This document shows positions 62,311 to 64,000 of a DNA stretch of 64,000 bases, one piece after another. The translations under genes were made by a program, and so were the position numbers. The stretch's first letter is position 1. Each line of letters starts with the position of its first letter. Origin of the DNA: Squalus acanthias (lineage: Eukaryota); contig CM059429.1 of NCBI GenBank assembly GCA_030390025.1, forward strand, positions 34,100,001 through 34,164,000. Direction: 5' to 3'. Below the pieces are notes generated by a model. That model did not search any database, was not told the origin of the DNA, and worked only from the letters and a program-made list of their open reading frames with translations.

Positions 62311-63370
62311 GTAAGTTGAAAAGGGTCAAGCAACTGTTCGGTGCAACATTTAAAGTAGATTGTGGCAACCATTTGTTTTCACACATTTAACCAAAAGAGG
62401 TGGCGTATTTTCAATATGGATGAAAGATTACCAAACTGCGTAATTTTGGGTGGTAAGATTTGTTCTTGCAAACATTTTTCTAACTTGTAATTTTATTTAA
62501 CTTTTGGCAATAATTCTAGGAACTATACTCCTAACTTATTTAGACTTGATATACACAAATGGGTATTGCTGTCATTTCATGTTGGGGGACACCTGGTGAT
62601 ACTATTCCTTCCAAGAAATTATACCCTGGTCAGTCATGATCTCCCATTACCCTCCACATACCTCCAACCTTGAAGTGTGCCATGTCTCAGTCTGGGCTTA
62701 TTTTACTGCCATTTAGTGATTTCTCTACAATTTTGATGCATTGGGAAGAGTTTACCATTGTTAATTTTGCAAGGTTCTTGTGCCATTTTTATCAATGTTA
62801 TGTAGAACACTAGCTCACTGCAGCCAACTGTAGTTGGGTTGAGTCTACTTTGGCTATAGGACAGATACCAGTTCCTGTGCTTTTATAGTTGAGTGTCACA
62901 GATGTTCCTAGTCACTGACTTGGCACAACACCTGTTGAATCTGTCTTCTCTGGTCGCATGACTTTTTGAAGTGCGAAGCCTGTTTGAAATTCAGCACAAA
63001 GGCTCAATGCCGCCAACTCATTTGCTGGAAGGCGATCCTGGCTACAGCAATGTCAAACCTCGATGCTTCTCAGCATAGAGACAAGTTGGCTGCAGAAGCT
63101 CTAAACAGTGGCTCTAAACAGTGGCTCAAATGGGAGTGGAGAAAGTGCCCAGGTTACTATGGCTCCATAACGTATATAATTAGACTCAAGCTACCTCAAC
63201 ACTGTTTTGGCGACTAGGTTAGGACTTGTGATTGTAGACCCACATCCATCCTGTAGTCCTCCATGTTGTTTCTCCATGATGCTCTGATAGTCACAGTTTT
63301 GCGTTACATAATCTTGAAGGTATTTAATGCTGCTGATATTAAGTATTCCTTTTTTTGTTTGTTTTAATAG

Positions 63371-64000
63371 ATAAGCCAAAGTCTCCTGCAGCGGTAACTA
63401 AACCAGTAGAGGAACCGAACAAACCCGAGAAATCTATTACACCTGAAATTGTGGAAAGCAAATCTGAAATTAACACTAAACTAACAGACTCTGAGGAAGT
63501 GCTGCAAACTCCGGTCACTGAGCCAGATGACACTACAACCACTGTAGTCTCTTGTGACGTGGATGTGACTGTGACAGATTCTCTACCACCTGATCATAAT
63601 GATGAAATGAACCCTTTGGCAGAACCTGTTTCTTTGCCACCTGCAGCTACAGAAATGCAGAAAAGCGAAACAGAGGAGGTACAAGAGCTACAAAAAGAGG
63701 AGGAGGTGATTGCAGATGAATCTAGCTCAAAAGACTTGACAGTGGAAAGTAATGGTGTTATGCCAGTACAAGCAGATGAACCTAGTCAAGAATCTGAACC
63801 TCCACTTGAACCTCCACTTGAATCTCCACTTGAACCTCCACTTGAATCTCCACTTGAATCTCCACTTGAACCTCCACTTGAATCTCCTCTTGAACCTCCT
63901 CTTGAATCTCCTCTTGAACCTCCTCTTGAACCTCCACTTGAACCTCCACTTGAACCTCCTCTTGAACCTCCTCTTGAACCTCCTCTTGAACCTCCTCTTG
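63371..64000 (+). CDS. EIF4G1: eIF4G1 large acidic/Pro-rich linker exon (partial, runs off window): (D)KPKSPAAVTKPVEEPNKPEKS...ESNGVMPVQADEPSQESEPPLEPPLESPL...
   Basis: Acceptor ttttgtttgttttaatag|. A phase-1 start gives an uninterrupted E/P/S/T-rich frame to the window end, as expected for the disordered region before the eIF4E-binding motif. Confidence 0.92.
63796..64000 (+). repeat. 12-bp coding tandem repeat GAA(C/T)CTCC(A/T)CTT, at least 17 copies
   Basis: 17 complete units counted (12 EPPL, 5 ESPL); truncated by the window edge. Confidence 0.97.

Noticed and set aside
63796-64000. CRISPR-like or non-coding satellite interpretation of the terminal repeat
   Set aside because: No spacers, eukaryotic context, and the repeat is in frame within a coding exon.
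25250-64000. Assignment to EIF4G3 rather than EIF4G1
   Set aside because: The MNK start, the YYPNRAQ..SRVQS exon, PTQQYPV, KRERK and the QANGE exon follow eIF4G1; only the FAAGPR cassette is G3-like.

Overview
Eukaryotic (vertebrate) genomic DNA. The repeat complement (Deu-domain/SacSINE1-like SINEs, many CR1 LINEs, Penelope-like elements, Harbinger-like MITEs) points to a cartilaginous fish, but the species cannot be determined from sequence. The window holds the 5' part of one + strand gene, an EIF4G1 (eIF4G1 translation-initiation scaffold) orthologue. It has a CpG-island promoter (~2.1-3.4 kb), three inferred non-coding 5' exons, and nine coding exons that splice in frame: MNKGPQP...; ...MNTQPQPRQ; cassette FAAGPRALHQQ; QYYPNRAQ...; FRSSF...; ...PPKRERKQ; [20 protein letters not shown] (PABP-binding segment); ...QANGE...; and a large acidic/Pro-rich exon that runs off the window in a 12-bp coding repeat (E[P/S]PL)n. 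The rest is intron, largely transposon relics; almost all ORFs in the supplied track are spurious or TE fragments. The most notable signals are the translational-control architecture of the 5' leader (TCT/TOP-like start, a uORF whose stop overlaps the main AUG, an in-frame open leader, conserved alternative AUGs), two GC-AG introns, a motif-flanked cassette exon plus a candidate poison exon, the coding tandem repeat, and several informative TE structures. No clearly new biological system was found. All exon calls come from manual reading, and cross-species comparisons are from memory and need alignment.
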